From NCBI GenBank assembly GCA_964459385.1, contig CAYWLG010000010.1:2365-66364 (forward strand): a stretch of 64,000 bases of DNA. Direction: 5' to 3'. Below the pieces are notes generated by a model. It was not told where the DNA came from and searched no databases. It worked only from the letters and a program-made list of their open reading frames with translations. Each line of letters begins with the position of its first letter. The first letter of the stretch is position 1. The translations under genes and the position numbers were made by a program. Source of the DNA: an uncultured Anaerolinea sp. (GTDB lineage: Bacteria; Chloroflexota; Anaerolineae; Anaerolineales; Anaerolineaceae). Of this stretch, positions 44,727 to 53,443 are shown one piece after another.

Positions 44727-46673
44727 GTGGAAGCAGGCGTGAAAACAAAGGGTCAGAGCATTAACATCTTCGAAGAAACGACGGGGCATTACCCCGGCAA
44801 GTCAGTGCAAACATTATTGATCGGGCGTCCGTTGGCAACCGCCGACGCGCCGCATCAGACCATCGGCAAGGCCATTGGGTTGGCCGTGTTTTCTTCCGAC
44901 GCCATGTCTTCAGTGGCGTACGGGCCGCAGGAATTGATGTCTATCTTGTTCCTGGCCGGAACCGGTGTGCTGCATCTGGCCCTGCCCATTGTGCTGGGCA
45001 TCGTCGGTCTGTTGTTGATCTTGACCTTTTCGTATGAGCAGACGATCCATGCCTACCCCAGCGGCGGTGGCGCCTATATTGTGGCCCGCGACAACCTGGG
45101 CGAGCTGCCTGCACAGACGGCCGGGGCGGCATTGCTGACCGACTACATTCTGACGGTCGCCGTTTCGATTTCATCGGGTGTGGCTCAATTCGTTTCGGCT
45201 TACCCCGGCCTGTATCGGTACCGTGTGATCATCGCAGTGGCGGCGATCTTGCTCATTATGCTCATCAACCTGCGTGGGGTAAAAGAATCCGGGTTTGCTT
45301 TTGCCATCCCTACTTACTTTTTCTTGTTCTTCACCTTCTTAATGGTGATCATTGGCTTTGTCCGCTACTTCACCGGCACGCTTGGCACGGTAGTAGACCC
45401 ACCGGCTGCTGCAAATAATCTGGTACAGCCGCTGACCGCCTTCTTGTTGCTGCGTGCTTTCGCCAACGGTACCACCTCTCTCACTGGCGTGGAGGCCATC
45501 TCCAACGGTATCACCGCATTTAAGGAACCACGCAGCAACAACGCCGGCAAAACGCTGATGTGGATGTCGGGTATTTTAGGGTCTTTACTGATCGGCACCA
45601 CCTTTTTGGCCATTCACACCCATGCAGTGCCGGTCGAGGCCGAGACCTTTATTTCTCAACTGGCGCGCACCATTTATGGGGGCAGGGGAATCTTATACCT
45701 GATCACGATCAGCGCGACCACAATCATTCTGGTCATGGCCGCCAATACCGCCTTTGCCGATTTTCCACGCCTGGGCGCCCTGCACGCCGGAGATGGTTTT
45801 TTGCCGCGCCAGCTCACTTACCGTGGCAGCCGCCTGGTCTACTCGAGCGGTATTGTCGCCCTGTCAGTCATTGCGTCGCTGCTGGTCATTGCTTTTCAGG
45901 CCAGCGTGGCTAAACTGATCCCGCTGTATGCCATTGGCGTGTTCCTCTCATTTACCCTTTCACAGACGGGCATGGCGAGGCGCTGGTGGAAATCCGGGCA
46001 TTTGAAACCGGGGGAAGAGATCGTAGAGCCCGGCTCTACCGTCAGGCACGACGCGGGCTGGCTGCATAAAATGATCATCAATGGCGTTGGGGCCTTGTGC
46101 ACCGCCGTGGTGATGGTGATCTTCGCAGTCACCAAGTTTAAAGATGGCGCCTGGATCGTGATCGTGCTGACCCCACTGCTGGTGGTGATCTTCTTCTCGA
46201 TCCATCACCATTACCGGCATCTGGCTAAACAGCTTTCGCTCGAAAATCATCCCCGCCGTGGACGCATCAATCGCAACCGGGTCATCATGCCCATCGGTGG
46301 CGTGCATCGTGGTACGCTGGAGGCGCTTGATTATGCCAACACGCTTTCGGATGATGTGACGGTGGTACATATCTCCATTGACCCCAAAGAAACAGAGAAG
46401 ATCGAAGCCAAGTGGAAGATCTGGGGGGAGGGGAATCGTCTGGTCGTGTTGGATTCTCCTTACCGCCTCTTTTTGGAACCCTTCCTGGACTATATTGAAA
46501 AGCTATCCGCCATCAGCGGGCCAAGTGAGTTGATCACCATCGTGGTGCCACAATTTATCCCGCGCCACTGGTGGACGGGTTTCTTGCACACGCGCACAGC
46601 CGAAACCTTGCGCAAAGCGCTCTTGCACCGCAACAATGTGGTGATCACTGAAATTCCCTTCCAGGTGGAATAA
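44727..46673 (+). CDS. kimA: KimA-like K+/H+ symporter (APC superfamily with a cytoplasmic C-terminal domain)
   Basis: Long strings shared with B. subtilis KimA as I recall it: SSDAMSSVAYG, YPSGGGAYIV, DYILTVAVSIS, LTGVEAISN and LIPLYAIGVFLSFTLSQTGM. About 190-aa soluble tail. GTG start. Confidence 0.7.
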   Translation: MEAGVKTKGQSINIFEETTGHYPGKSVQTLLIGRPLATADAPHQTIGKAIGLAVFSSDAMSSVAYGPQELMSILFLAGTGVLHLALPIVLGIVGLLLILTFSYEQTIHAYPSGGGAYIVARDNLGELPAQTAGAALLTDYILTVAVSISSGVAQFVSAYPGLYRYRVIIAVAAILLIMLINLRGVKESGFAFAIPTYFFLFFTFLMVIIGFVRYFTGTLGTVVDPPAAANNLVQPLTAFLLLRAFANGTTSLTGVEAISNGITAFKEPRSNNAGKTLMWMSGILGSLLIGTTFLAIHTHAVPVEAETFISQLARTIYGGRGILYLITISATTIILVMAANTAFADFPRLGALHAGDGFLPRQLTYRGSRLVYSSGIVALSVIASLLVIAFQASVAKLIPLYAIGVFLSFTLSQTGMARRWWKSGHLKPGEEIVEPGSTVRHDAGWLHKMIINGVGALCTAVVMVIFAVTKFKDGAWIVIVLTPLLVVIFFSIHHHYRHLAKQLSLENHPRRGRINRNRVIMPIGGVHRGTLEALDYANTLSDDVTVVHISIDPKETEKIEAKWKIWGEGNRLVVLDSPYRLFLEPFLDYIEKLSAISGPSELITIVVPQFIPRHWWTGFLHTRTAETLRKALLHRNNVVITEIPFQVE

Positions 46674-46690
46674 AACCCAATTTTGAAAAC

Positions 46691-46716
46691 AAAAAGCACC
46701 CGTCAGGGTGCTTTTT
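46691..46716. terminator. Bidirectional terminator between kimA-like and the SDR gene
   Basis: aaaaagcaccc-gtca-gggtgcttttt. Confidence 0.85.
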
Positions 46717-46734
46717 GATAAGAACGTTCAAAGT

Positions 46735-47544
46735 CTATTTTGGCAAAAGCGATTTCATCTGTGAGTAGATCAAGTTGGCCGCACGCTCTGGGGCAAGGCG
46801 GGTGAGAAAGTCCATGAATTTGGCATCGCTGCCGATCAGAATGCGGTATTTGTTCTTTTCCATCCCCTCAAGGATGGTCTGCGCTGCAACGGATGGCAAG
46901 GTCATTTTGATGCTGCCCGTATCCATGCTCTTTTGCTGCTCGGGGGTCGCCACGCCGGAATTGACGGTGATGTTCGTTTGAATGGCCCCGGGGAAGACGA
47001 CGGAGACATGCACGTGAGTGTCCATCAATTCTGAATGCAGCCCTTCGGTGAGCAGTTTGACCGCTGCCTTGGAGGCCCCATACAGGGTCTGCCCGGGTAC
47101 GGGCAAAAATCCGCCCATGCTCGACACGTTCACGATGTGCGCTTCGGGCCGGGTGAGCAGGGTGGGCAAAAAGGTCTTGGTCATGTAAAGCATGCCGTTA
47201 AAGTTGACATTCATCGTCCGTTCGATCTGGGCATAAGTGAGATCTTTCAGGAATACGAAGGGTTGGATGATGCCGGCATTGTTGATGAGTCCATCCACCG
47301 CGCCATGAGCCGCGATCACTTTTTCGGGCAGAGCTTCAACGGTTTTCAGGTCGGTAATGTTCACCACATGGGTAGAAAGACGACCGGCCATTTCGCCGGC
47401 GATCTTGACGGTTTCATTGAGCGCTTGTTCGTTCAGGTCAACAGCAGCCACTCTGGCCCCTTTACTTAGCAGGGCCAGTACCAGCTCACGGCCAATGCCG
47501 TTGCCGCCACCTGTCACTACGATCACTTTATCCTTCACTAGCAT
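46735..47544 (-). CDS. Short-chain dehydrogenase/reductase (SDR)
   Basis: VIVVTGGGNGIGRE cofactor motif and YGASKAA catalytic motif. ATG 47544 is preceded by AAGGAG. Confidence 0.9.
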   Translation of the reverse strand: MLVKDKVIVVTGGGNGIGRELVLALLSKGARVAAVDLNEQALNETVKIAGEMAGRLSTHVVNITDLKTVEALPEKVIAAHGAVDGLINNAGIIQPFVFLKDLTYAQIERTMNVNFNGMLYMTKTFLPTLLTRPEAHIVNVSSMGGFLPVPGQTLYGASKAAVKLLTEGLHSELMDTHVHVSVVFPGAIQTNITVNSGVATPEQQKSMDTGSIKMTLPSVAAQTILEGMEKNKYRILIGSDAKFMDFLTRLAPERAANLIYSQMKSLLPK

Positions 47545-47724
47545 ACGAGTCTCCTTTATCCTGCAAGTCATAAAGCCTTGAAAATATTATATAGCTCGAA
47601 TTATATAAATTAGATAAATATTATCTAAAAATCAACAAATTGGTCAAACCTGTCTCTTTAATAATCAGAACCCCTTCTGTGAACACAGAAGAGGCTCTGA
47701 ATTTGTCGGTAAGTCGCATTAATT

Positions 47725-48441
47725 TCAATTGGGTGAGGTCACCTGCAAATTATCGAATGAGACGGTCGTGGGCACTTCCGTGTAGGTGGAGGCAGAAAGT
47801 GAGATCATGCCTGTCGGAAAGTCGCTGTCCTCAATGCTGGCCACCCATTGGCCATTGACCCACATCTCAAGGTGGCTGCCATTGCAGATGGCGGTGATGT
47901 GATTGCTGAATACACCGGGGTAGATGATGTCGCTCTGCGTCCAGTCAACCAGCCTTGACCCGTCAGTGTCAACGAATTTGAGAATGGCGAAATAGCCATC
48001 TGATGAGATTTGGAAACTGTAGCCATCGCCGTTTTCCTGAATGCGGCAGTCCACGCCAAAACCGTTATTGTCATTCTCATCTGAGTTCAGGGCTTTCACG
48101 TCCGCATCAATTTTTACATCACCGAAAGTGGCGGCATAAGTTGACCACATGGTCTGGGTTTCCTGGCGCGCTTCAATGATGAAACTGCCGCCCTCGAAAG
48201 CTGCTTTGCCATACTCGTCATCCTCAAGCACCCACATGCCATCATCATGGGCGAAATCTTCCGACAAGGGCAGTTTGCCCAGGGTTTGGACGGCGGTCGG
48301 AACCGCTGTGGTAGAGTTGGTATTGCCTGAGACGGTCGCCAGCTTCAACCCGGCGAAGGGATCGCCCGTGGTGGAATTTTGCGAGCAGGCTGAAAGAAAC
48401 AAGATTAGAGGGAAGAGAAGTACTGCGGTCAATTTTTTCAT
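47725..48441 (-). CDS. Lipoprotein with a concanavalin/LamG-like beta-sandwich domain (function unknown)
   Basis: MKKLTAVLLFPLILFLSAC lipobox. All-beta composition with W/Y/F-rich repeats (GYFAILKF, LEMWVNGQWV). Confidence 0.5.
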   Translation of the reverse strand: MKKLTAVLLFPLILFLSACSQNSTTGDPFAGLKLATVSGNTNSTTAVPTAVQTLGKLPLSEDFAHDDGMWVLEDDEYGKAAFEGGSFIIEARQETQTMWSTYAATFGDVKIDADVKALNSDENDNNGFGVDCRIQENGDGYSFQISSDGYFAILKFVDTDGSRLVDWTQSDIIYPGVFSNHITAICNGSHLEMWVNGQWVASIEDSDFPTGMISLSASTYTEVPTTVSFDNLQVTSPN

Positions 48442-48509
48442 AAGTGGTCTCGGTAATAAAAAGATTTCGATAACTCTATTATGAAGGTTCATAAATGAAT
48501 TTCAAGGGT

Positions 48510-48543
48510 TAAAAAAGATCGGGCGGAAATTTCCGCCCGATCT
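48510..48543 (-). terminator. Terminator of the GH13 gene
   Basis: agatcgggcggaa / ttccgcccgatct 13-bp stem. On the minus strand it is followed by tttttt. Confidence 0.85.
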
Positions 48544-48554
48544 GTCTACTGATG

Positions 48555-50162
48555 TTATTGATTCTTGCGAATGTAGATACTGGCCTCATCACCGACCAGG
48601 GGCAGCCAGCCCTTTTTGATCTCTGGCAGCGCTTCGCGCTTGTTGGAAAGCAGCAGTTGCCAGTCATCGCCGCGCAGACCCGGCCCAAGTGCCAGGCGCA
48701 CTTTGCGCCGCCCAAAATTAAGCACCACCAGCACACTGGCCTCGGCATCTTCACGCAGAAAAGCCAGCAGGCTGCGCGGCTCATAGGTGAGCGGAATGAA
48801 AACGCCTTTTTGCAAAGTAGGGGTGTCTTTGCGCAAGTGCAGCAATTTTTTGTAGAAGTTCAAGAGGGATTTTTCATCCGCAGCCTGCGCCTGGACATTT
48901 CGCTTGAGGTGATTGTCGTTCACCCTCAACCACGGTGCGGTTGACCCGAAGCCGGCATACTGTGAGTCATCCCACTGCATGGGGGTGCGGCAGCCATCGC
49001 GGCCTTTGTTGATGGGCCAGTAGCGCTTGCCCACCGGGTCTTGCAGTTCACTGCGTTTCAGCTTTAACTCGCGCATGCCGATCTCTTCGCCATAATACAG
49101 AAAAGGAGTACCGCGCAGGGTGAGCAGCATGGCGGCGGCCGCTTTGAGACGCTCATCGTTTTCGCCGCGCCCGTAGCGAGTGGCCGAGCGCACCACGTCG
49201 TGGTTGTTGAGCACATAGTTGGGCCAGGCGCGGTCGCTGAGCATGTTTTCCCAGGCGTTGATCACCTTCAAGAAACGGCCGGGGTCCCAGGGACATTCCA
49301 AAAAATTGAAATCGAAATTGGCGTGCAGCTTGTCTTCGCCACAGTATTGGGCAGCTTCTTCGGTCGTGGCCAAAAAGGTTTCGCCTACGGCATAACGCTC
49401 AGGGTAGCTGTCGAGTATCTTGCGGATGTCTTTCAGCGCGCCCATCATTTCGGGGCGGCTGACATCGTAGATGTGTTTTTGCCACTCAAAGGGGCGAATC
49501 CCCAATTTGGGCGGATTGTCGCGGAACTGATCGTCTTTGTAATACTCATTGAACACGTCCAGCCGAAAACCATCCACGCCGCGATCCAGCCAGAAGCGGA
49601 ACACATCCATCATCTTGGCATAGACGGCCGGGTTGCGCCAGTTGAGATCGGGCTGCTCTTTGACGAACATGTGAAAGTAATACTGCCCGCTGGCTTCATC
49701 GTACTGCCAGCCTCCGCCGCCGAAGACCGACTGCCAGTTGTTGGGCGGATTCTTGCCCTCTTTGGGGTCGCGCCAGATGTACCAGTCGCGGAACTCGCTG
49801 TCTTTTGCGCTTTTCGAGGACTGAAACCAGGGGTGCAGGTCAGAGGTGTGGTTGAGCACCAGGTCGAGAATGACGTGCAAATTGCGTTTGTGGGCCTCGC
49901 TGAGCAGACGGTCGAAGTCGGCCAGACTGCCATATTTGGGGTCAATGTCGAAATAATCGGATACATCGTACCCGAAGTCGCGGTCGGGCGAGGGGTAAAT
50001 GGGCGAGAGCCAGATGGCATCCACGCCCAGATCGGCGATGTAATCGAGTTTGCCAAGAATGCCGTTGAGATCGCCGATGCCATCGTTGTTGCTGTCGGCA
50101 TAAGAACGCGGATAGATCTGATAGATCACCCCGTCGCGCCACCACAGAAAATCTTTTTGCAT
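48555..50162 (-). CDS. GH13 alpha-glucosidase / oligo-1,6-glucosidase-type enzyme
   Basis: WWRDGVIYQIYPRSYADSNNDGIGDLNGI, DLVLNHTS, GVDGFRLDV and NHD regions of the alpha-amylase family. Confidence 0.9.
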   Translation of the reverse strand: MQKDFLWWRDGVIYQIYPRSYADSNNDGIGDLNGILGKLDYIADLGVDAIWLSPIYPSPDRDFGYDVSDYFDIDPKYGSLADFDRLLSEAHKRNLHVILDLVLNHTSDLHPWFQSSKSAKDSEFRDWYIWRDPKEGKNPPNNWQSVFGGGGWQYDEASGQYYFHMFVKEQPDLNWRNPAVYAKMMDVFRFWLDRGVDGFRLDVFNEYYKDDQFRDNPPKLGIRPFEWQKHIYDVSRPEMMGALKDIRKILDSYPERYAVGETFLATTEEAAQYCGEDKLHANFDFNFLECPWDPGRFLKVINAWENMLSDRAWPNYVLNNHDVVRSATRYGRGENDERLKAAAAMLLTLRGTPFLYYGEEIGMRELKLKRSELQDPVGKRYWPINKGRDGCRTPMQWDDSQYAGFGSTAPWLRVNDNHLKRNVQAQAADEKSLLNFYKKLLHLRKDTPTLQKGVFIPLTYEPRSLLAFLREDAEASVLVVLNFGRRKVRLALGPGLRGDDWQLLLSNKREALPEIKKGWLPLVGDEASIYIRKNQ

Positions 50163-50221
50163 AATTCCCTCATCGAAACAAGAATGATTTCAGCCGGGCA
50201 AAGTCCCCCGGTAACTGTTTA

Positions 50222-51760
50222 CTATAGATGCGCCAACGCCCGCACTTCCTTCCAGATCCAGGGCAGGGCACAGACCAGGCCGAGCAGCATGGGCACGGTG
50301 CCCGAAATGAGCGGTGATACGCGCGGCTCCAGAAAGCTGAGCAGCCCCCAGGTGACCAGCGCGCCACTGACCAGGGCTGCCAGTGCACGCAGCCAGGATC
50401 GGTCGAGTTTGATGGGCAAGGCCATTTTGCGGCCCAGCAAGAGCAGCAACAAGATCGCCTCGGTGGTGAAGACCAACGAATCGGTCAGGGCAATGCCGGG
50501 GGCACCCAGCGGACGGTAGAGCGCGGCACCCAGGGCAATATAAAGTACCAGATTGATGCCCGCTGTCATCAGAGGCACCCAGGCATTTTGGCGGGCGTAA
50601 AACGAGCGGGTGCCCACTTCTTTGAGCGAATGCCCCATCAACCCCAGCAAGAACCCGGCGGTTACCCAGGTCAACAGGCGGGTGCCATCGCTGCCAAAAT
50701 CGAAGGCCAGTCCCATCAGCGGACGCAGACCGATAGCCATGATGGCCGCAATGGGCAGCGTCACCGCGATCAGCACCTGAACGGCGCGCTGGATGGTCTG
50801 CATGAAGATCTCTTTTTCACCCCTGGCGAAATGTTCCGAGAGGGTGGGCAGCATGGCCGTGCCAATGGCCGTACCGATCAGCGTTTCAGGCACCTGCTGC
50901 AGCATCCAGCCGTAGGTGAGCGAGGTGACCGCTCCGGCGGCCAGGCGTGAGGCCAAATTGTCGCGGATGATGAAGATGGATTGGATTAACAGCATGGTGA
51001 GCAGGCGCGGCCCCAGCAGGCGCAGCACTTTTTTAACATCTGCATCCTTGAGCCCCAAACTGGGCGTCCACTTGAAGTGATACTTGAGCAGGCCGGGCAC
51101 CTGAACCAGCAGGTGAAGCACTGCCCCGATGATGACGCCGTAAACGAGGCCTGAAACGCCCAATCCGAAAGCGGGCAGGGGGACCCCGGCGATGCTGTAG
51201 CCTTTTTCGGGCGAGAGAACGAGCACGCCAAAGATTTGCCCCAGGTTATAGAAGATCGGTGCCAGTGCCGGCAGCAGAAAATGCTGGTTGGCCTGCAATC
51301 CGGCCATGACCAGCCCGCTGATCGAGAAGATAATGGTGGCGATCAGGTTCATGCGCATCAACTGAATGACCAGGTCTTGCTGAGCGGTGCTGAAACCGGG
51401 GGCGATGCCGATCTCGTTGCGCACCATCGGTTCGGCGAAGATCGCTACCACGATGGCCAGCGCGCTCGTCACCAGAAAGGCCAGGTTGGCGATGCGGCTG
51501 AAGAGCGTCCAGGCCGGGCGCTGCCCCTGTTGAGTAAGCACTTCAGAGAGCACCGGGATGAAGGCCATCGCCAGTGCACCGCCTGAGATCAACGCAAAAA
51601 GCAGATCGGGGATGTTGTTGGCGACATTGAAAGCGTCCAGTTCATGCGACAGCCCAAACTGGCGCGCAATGAGAATCTGGCGCAGGATAGCCAGGAGTTT
51701 ATCGAACAAAAAGAAAACTGCCAGAAGCAATGAAATTTTGGATAAGCGGGAAAGTTTCAT
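50222..51760 (-). CDS. murJ: Lipid II flippase MurJ (MviN)
   Basis: 14-TM MOP-family protein. N-terminal FLFDKLLAILRQILIARQFGLSHELDAFNVANNIPDLLF is typical of MurJ. Confidence 0.85.
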   Translation of the reverse strand: MKLSRLSKISLLLAVFFLFDKLLAILRQILIARQFGLSHELDAFNVANNIPDLLFALISGGALAMAFIPVLSEVLTQQGQRPAWTLFSRIANLAFLVTSALAIVVAIFAEPMVRNEIGIAPGFSTAQQDLVIQLMRMNLIATIIFSISGLVMAGLQANQHFLLPALAPIFYNLGQIFGVLVLSPEKGYSIAGVPLPAFGLGVSGLVYGVIIGAVLHLLVQVPGLLKYHFKWTPSLGLKDADVKKVLRLLGPRLLTMLLIQSIFIIRDNLASRLAAGAVTSLTYGWMLQQVPETLIGTAIGTAMLPTLSEHFARGEKEIFMQTIQRAVQVLIAVTLPIAAIMAIGLRPLMGLAFDFGSDGTRLLTWVTAGFLLGLMGHSLKEVGTRSFYARQNAWVPLMTAGINLVLYIALGAALYRPLGAPGIALTDSLVFTTEAILLLLLLGRKMALPIKLDRSWLRALAALVSGALVTWGLLSFLEPRVSPLISGTVPMLLGLVCALPWIWKEVRALAHL

Positions 51761-51863
51761 GGTCGTCCTTTCGTTGCATCACGCATCCTCATAAGTTTAC
51801 CCTGAATTTCATTTCACCAGCCTGATTGGCTTTCGGGTAAAATGAGAGCAGAAAGAGGTCAGT

Positions 51864-52544
51864 ATGAAAGAATTCGGAACGCTTTACATTGTGGCAACCC
51901 CCATTGGACACCCTGATGATATTACCCTGCGCGCCATTGAAACCTTGAAGAACGCCGACGCTGTGGTCTGTGAGGAATACAAACCTGGCAGCACCCTGCT
52001 GAAGCGGTTGGGTATTGTTGGCAAAGAGTTGGTGCTCTTGAACGAACATAATGAGCCAGAAGTGGCCGCCGACCTGCTGACCCGTTTGCTCAATGGCCAA
52101 TCGCTGGCCCTCTTTTCAGATTGCGGCACGCCGGTCTTTTCAGACCCGGGACATTACCTCATCCAGTTGGCTGCCAGCTCGGGCGTTAAGGTCTCGCCGG
52201 TGCCGGGGGCCTCTTCACTGATGGCTGCCTTATCCGTGCTCGACTTTCATCTGGAACGATTTTTCTTCGCCGGTTTCCCGCCGCGCGATCCCGCTGCCCG
52301 CCGCAAACTGCTCACTTATTACCGCACCCTCAAGATGCCCATCGTTTTGATGGATACCCCCTACCGCCTCGGCGCCCTGTTGGAGGACGTCATCAAGGTC
52401 TTCGGCAAGGGTGTTTGGGTGACCGTAGCCTTCGATATGACCCTGCCGACTGAAACCATTTACCGCGGCGAGGCCGCCGATGTGCGCAGCCAGGTTGGCC
52501 CGCGAAAGGGCGAGTTCATTCTGGTGGTCGGTAACATGGGGTAA
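51864..52544 (+). CDS. rsmI: 16S rRNA (cytidine1402-2'-O)-methyltransferase RsmI
   Basis: GTLYIVATPIGHPDDITLRAIETLKNADAVVCE and the tetrapyrrole-methylase fold. Confidence 0.85.
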   Translation: MKEFGTLYIVATPIGHPDDITLRAIETLKNADAVVCEEYKPGSTLLKRLGIVGKELVLLNEHNEPEVAADLLTRLLNGQSLALFSDCGTPVFSDPGHYLIQLAASSGVKVSPVPGASSLMAALSVLDFHLERFFFAGFPPRDPAARRKLLTYYRTLKMPIVLMDTPYRLGALLEDVIKVFGKGVWVTVAFDMTLPTETIYRGEAADVRSQVGPRKGEFILVVGNMG

Positions 52545-52570
52545 ACCCCCCGTCTTTTATGTGAATTATG

Positions 52571-52600
52571 AAAATGGCGCAGCTTGCTGCGCCATTTCTC
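52571..52600. terminator. Bidirectional terminator
   Basis: aaa-atggcgcag-cttg-ctgcgccat-ttt. Confidence 0.8.
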
Positions 52601-52645
52601 TATAAAAATGATTTCTTGGTTGAGCAGTTTGAACTGCCTCACTTT

Positions 52646-53218
52646 TTACCCGTTCTTTGGGTGAAGCAGCACATACTCCGCAAAGATGATTGTCGCAAAG
52701 GAGGTCAGCAGGGCACACAGCCAGGTGAGCGTCAGCATCAGGGTCAGGTTATTGATGCGGGCTTCCACCTCTTTCAGCGAGCGCCCGGCCAGCACGTAAC
52801 CACTTTGCCCGTTGGCCGAGTAAGGCACGATCACGGCTGCAATGCGCACGTTGGCCTGCGGTTGCCAGGTAACACGATTCTCACCCTTCTCCAAAGAGGC
52901 CGTGAGTACCCCCTCCGGCACCATCGGTGTCTGACCATTTAGCGATGCAGAAGAAGCCAGCACGTTCCCCTCTGAATCAAAGACCATCATAAAAGGCGTC
53001 AGGCTGCTTTCCATTTTGACCGTTGCACCCGGCAGCACCTGCTCAATGGCGGTGCCACTGCTTAGTGCGTCTGCAGCGGTCTCGGCCATTTCGATCTGCG
53101 GATCGTTGGCGTTCATGCGGTAGTTCTGCTGAATCCCTATGTAAGTGAACAGACATAAGCCACTGGCAACCACGACCAAGGGAATCCAATATCCTAAAAT
53201 TCGTTTGAAATGCATCAT
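52646..53218 (-). CDS. Membrane-anchored protein of unknown function
   Basis: N-terminal and C-terminal TM helices flank a soluble domain of about 130 aa. ATG 53218 is preceded by GGAGG. Confidence 0.55.
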   Translation of the reverse strand: MMHFKRILGYWIPLVVVASGLCLFTYIGIQQNYRMNANDPQIEMAETAADALSSGTAIEQVLPGATVKMESSLTPFMMVFDSEGNVLASSASLNGQTPMVPEGVLTASLEKGENRVTWQPQANVRIAAVIVPYSANGQSGYVLAGRSLKEVEARINNLTLMLTLTWLCALLTSFATIIFAEYVLLHPKNG

Positions 53219-53443
53219 CTTCCTGCCTCCGATCAACTCCCCATTAACATATCACTTTTTGGGGTTGAAATCTCTATCAAATACCCGCAAATGCTCTCAA
53301 GTCGTTCATTGCGTTTTTATTTGTGTTCCCACTGCCATGATTGTGCAGGTGATGCAGCTAATAGTGCTGGTTCACCAGTCGGCATATTTTTATGTAGCAA
53401 ACGGTTCTGCAATTCGATTCTTGTTCAAAATGCAACATAATAC

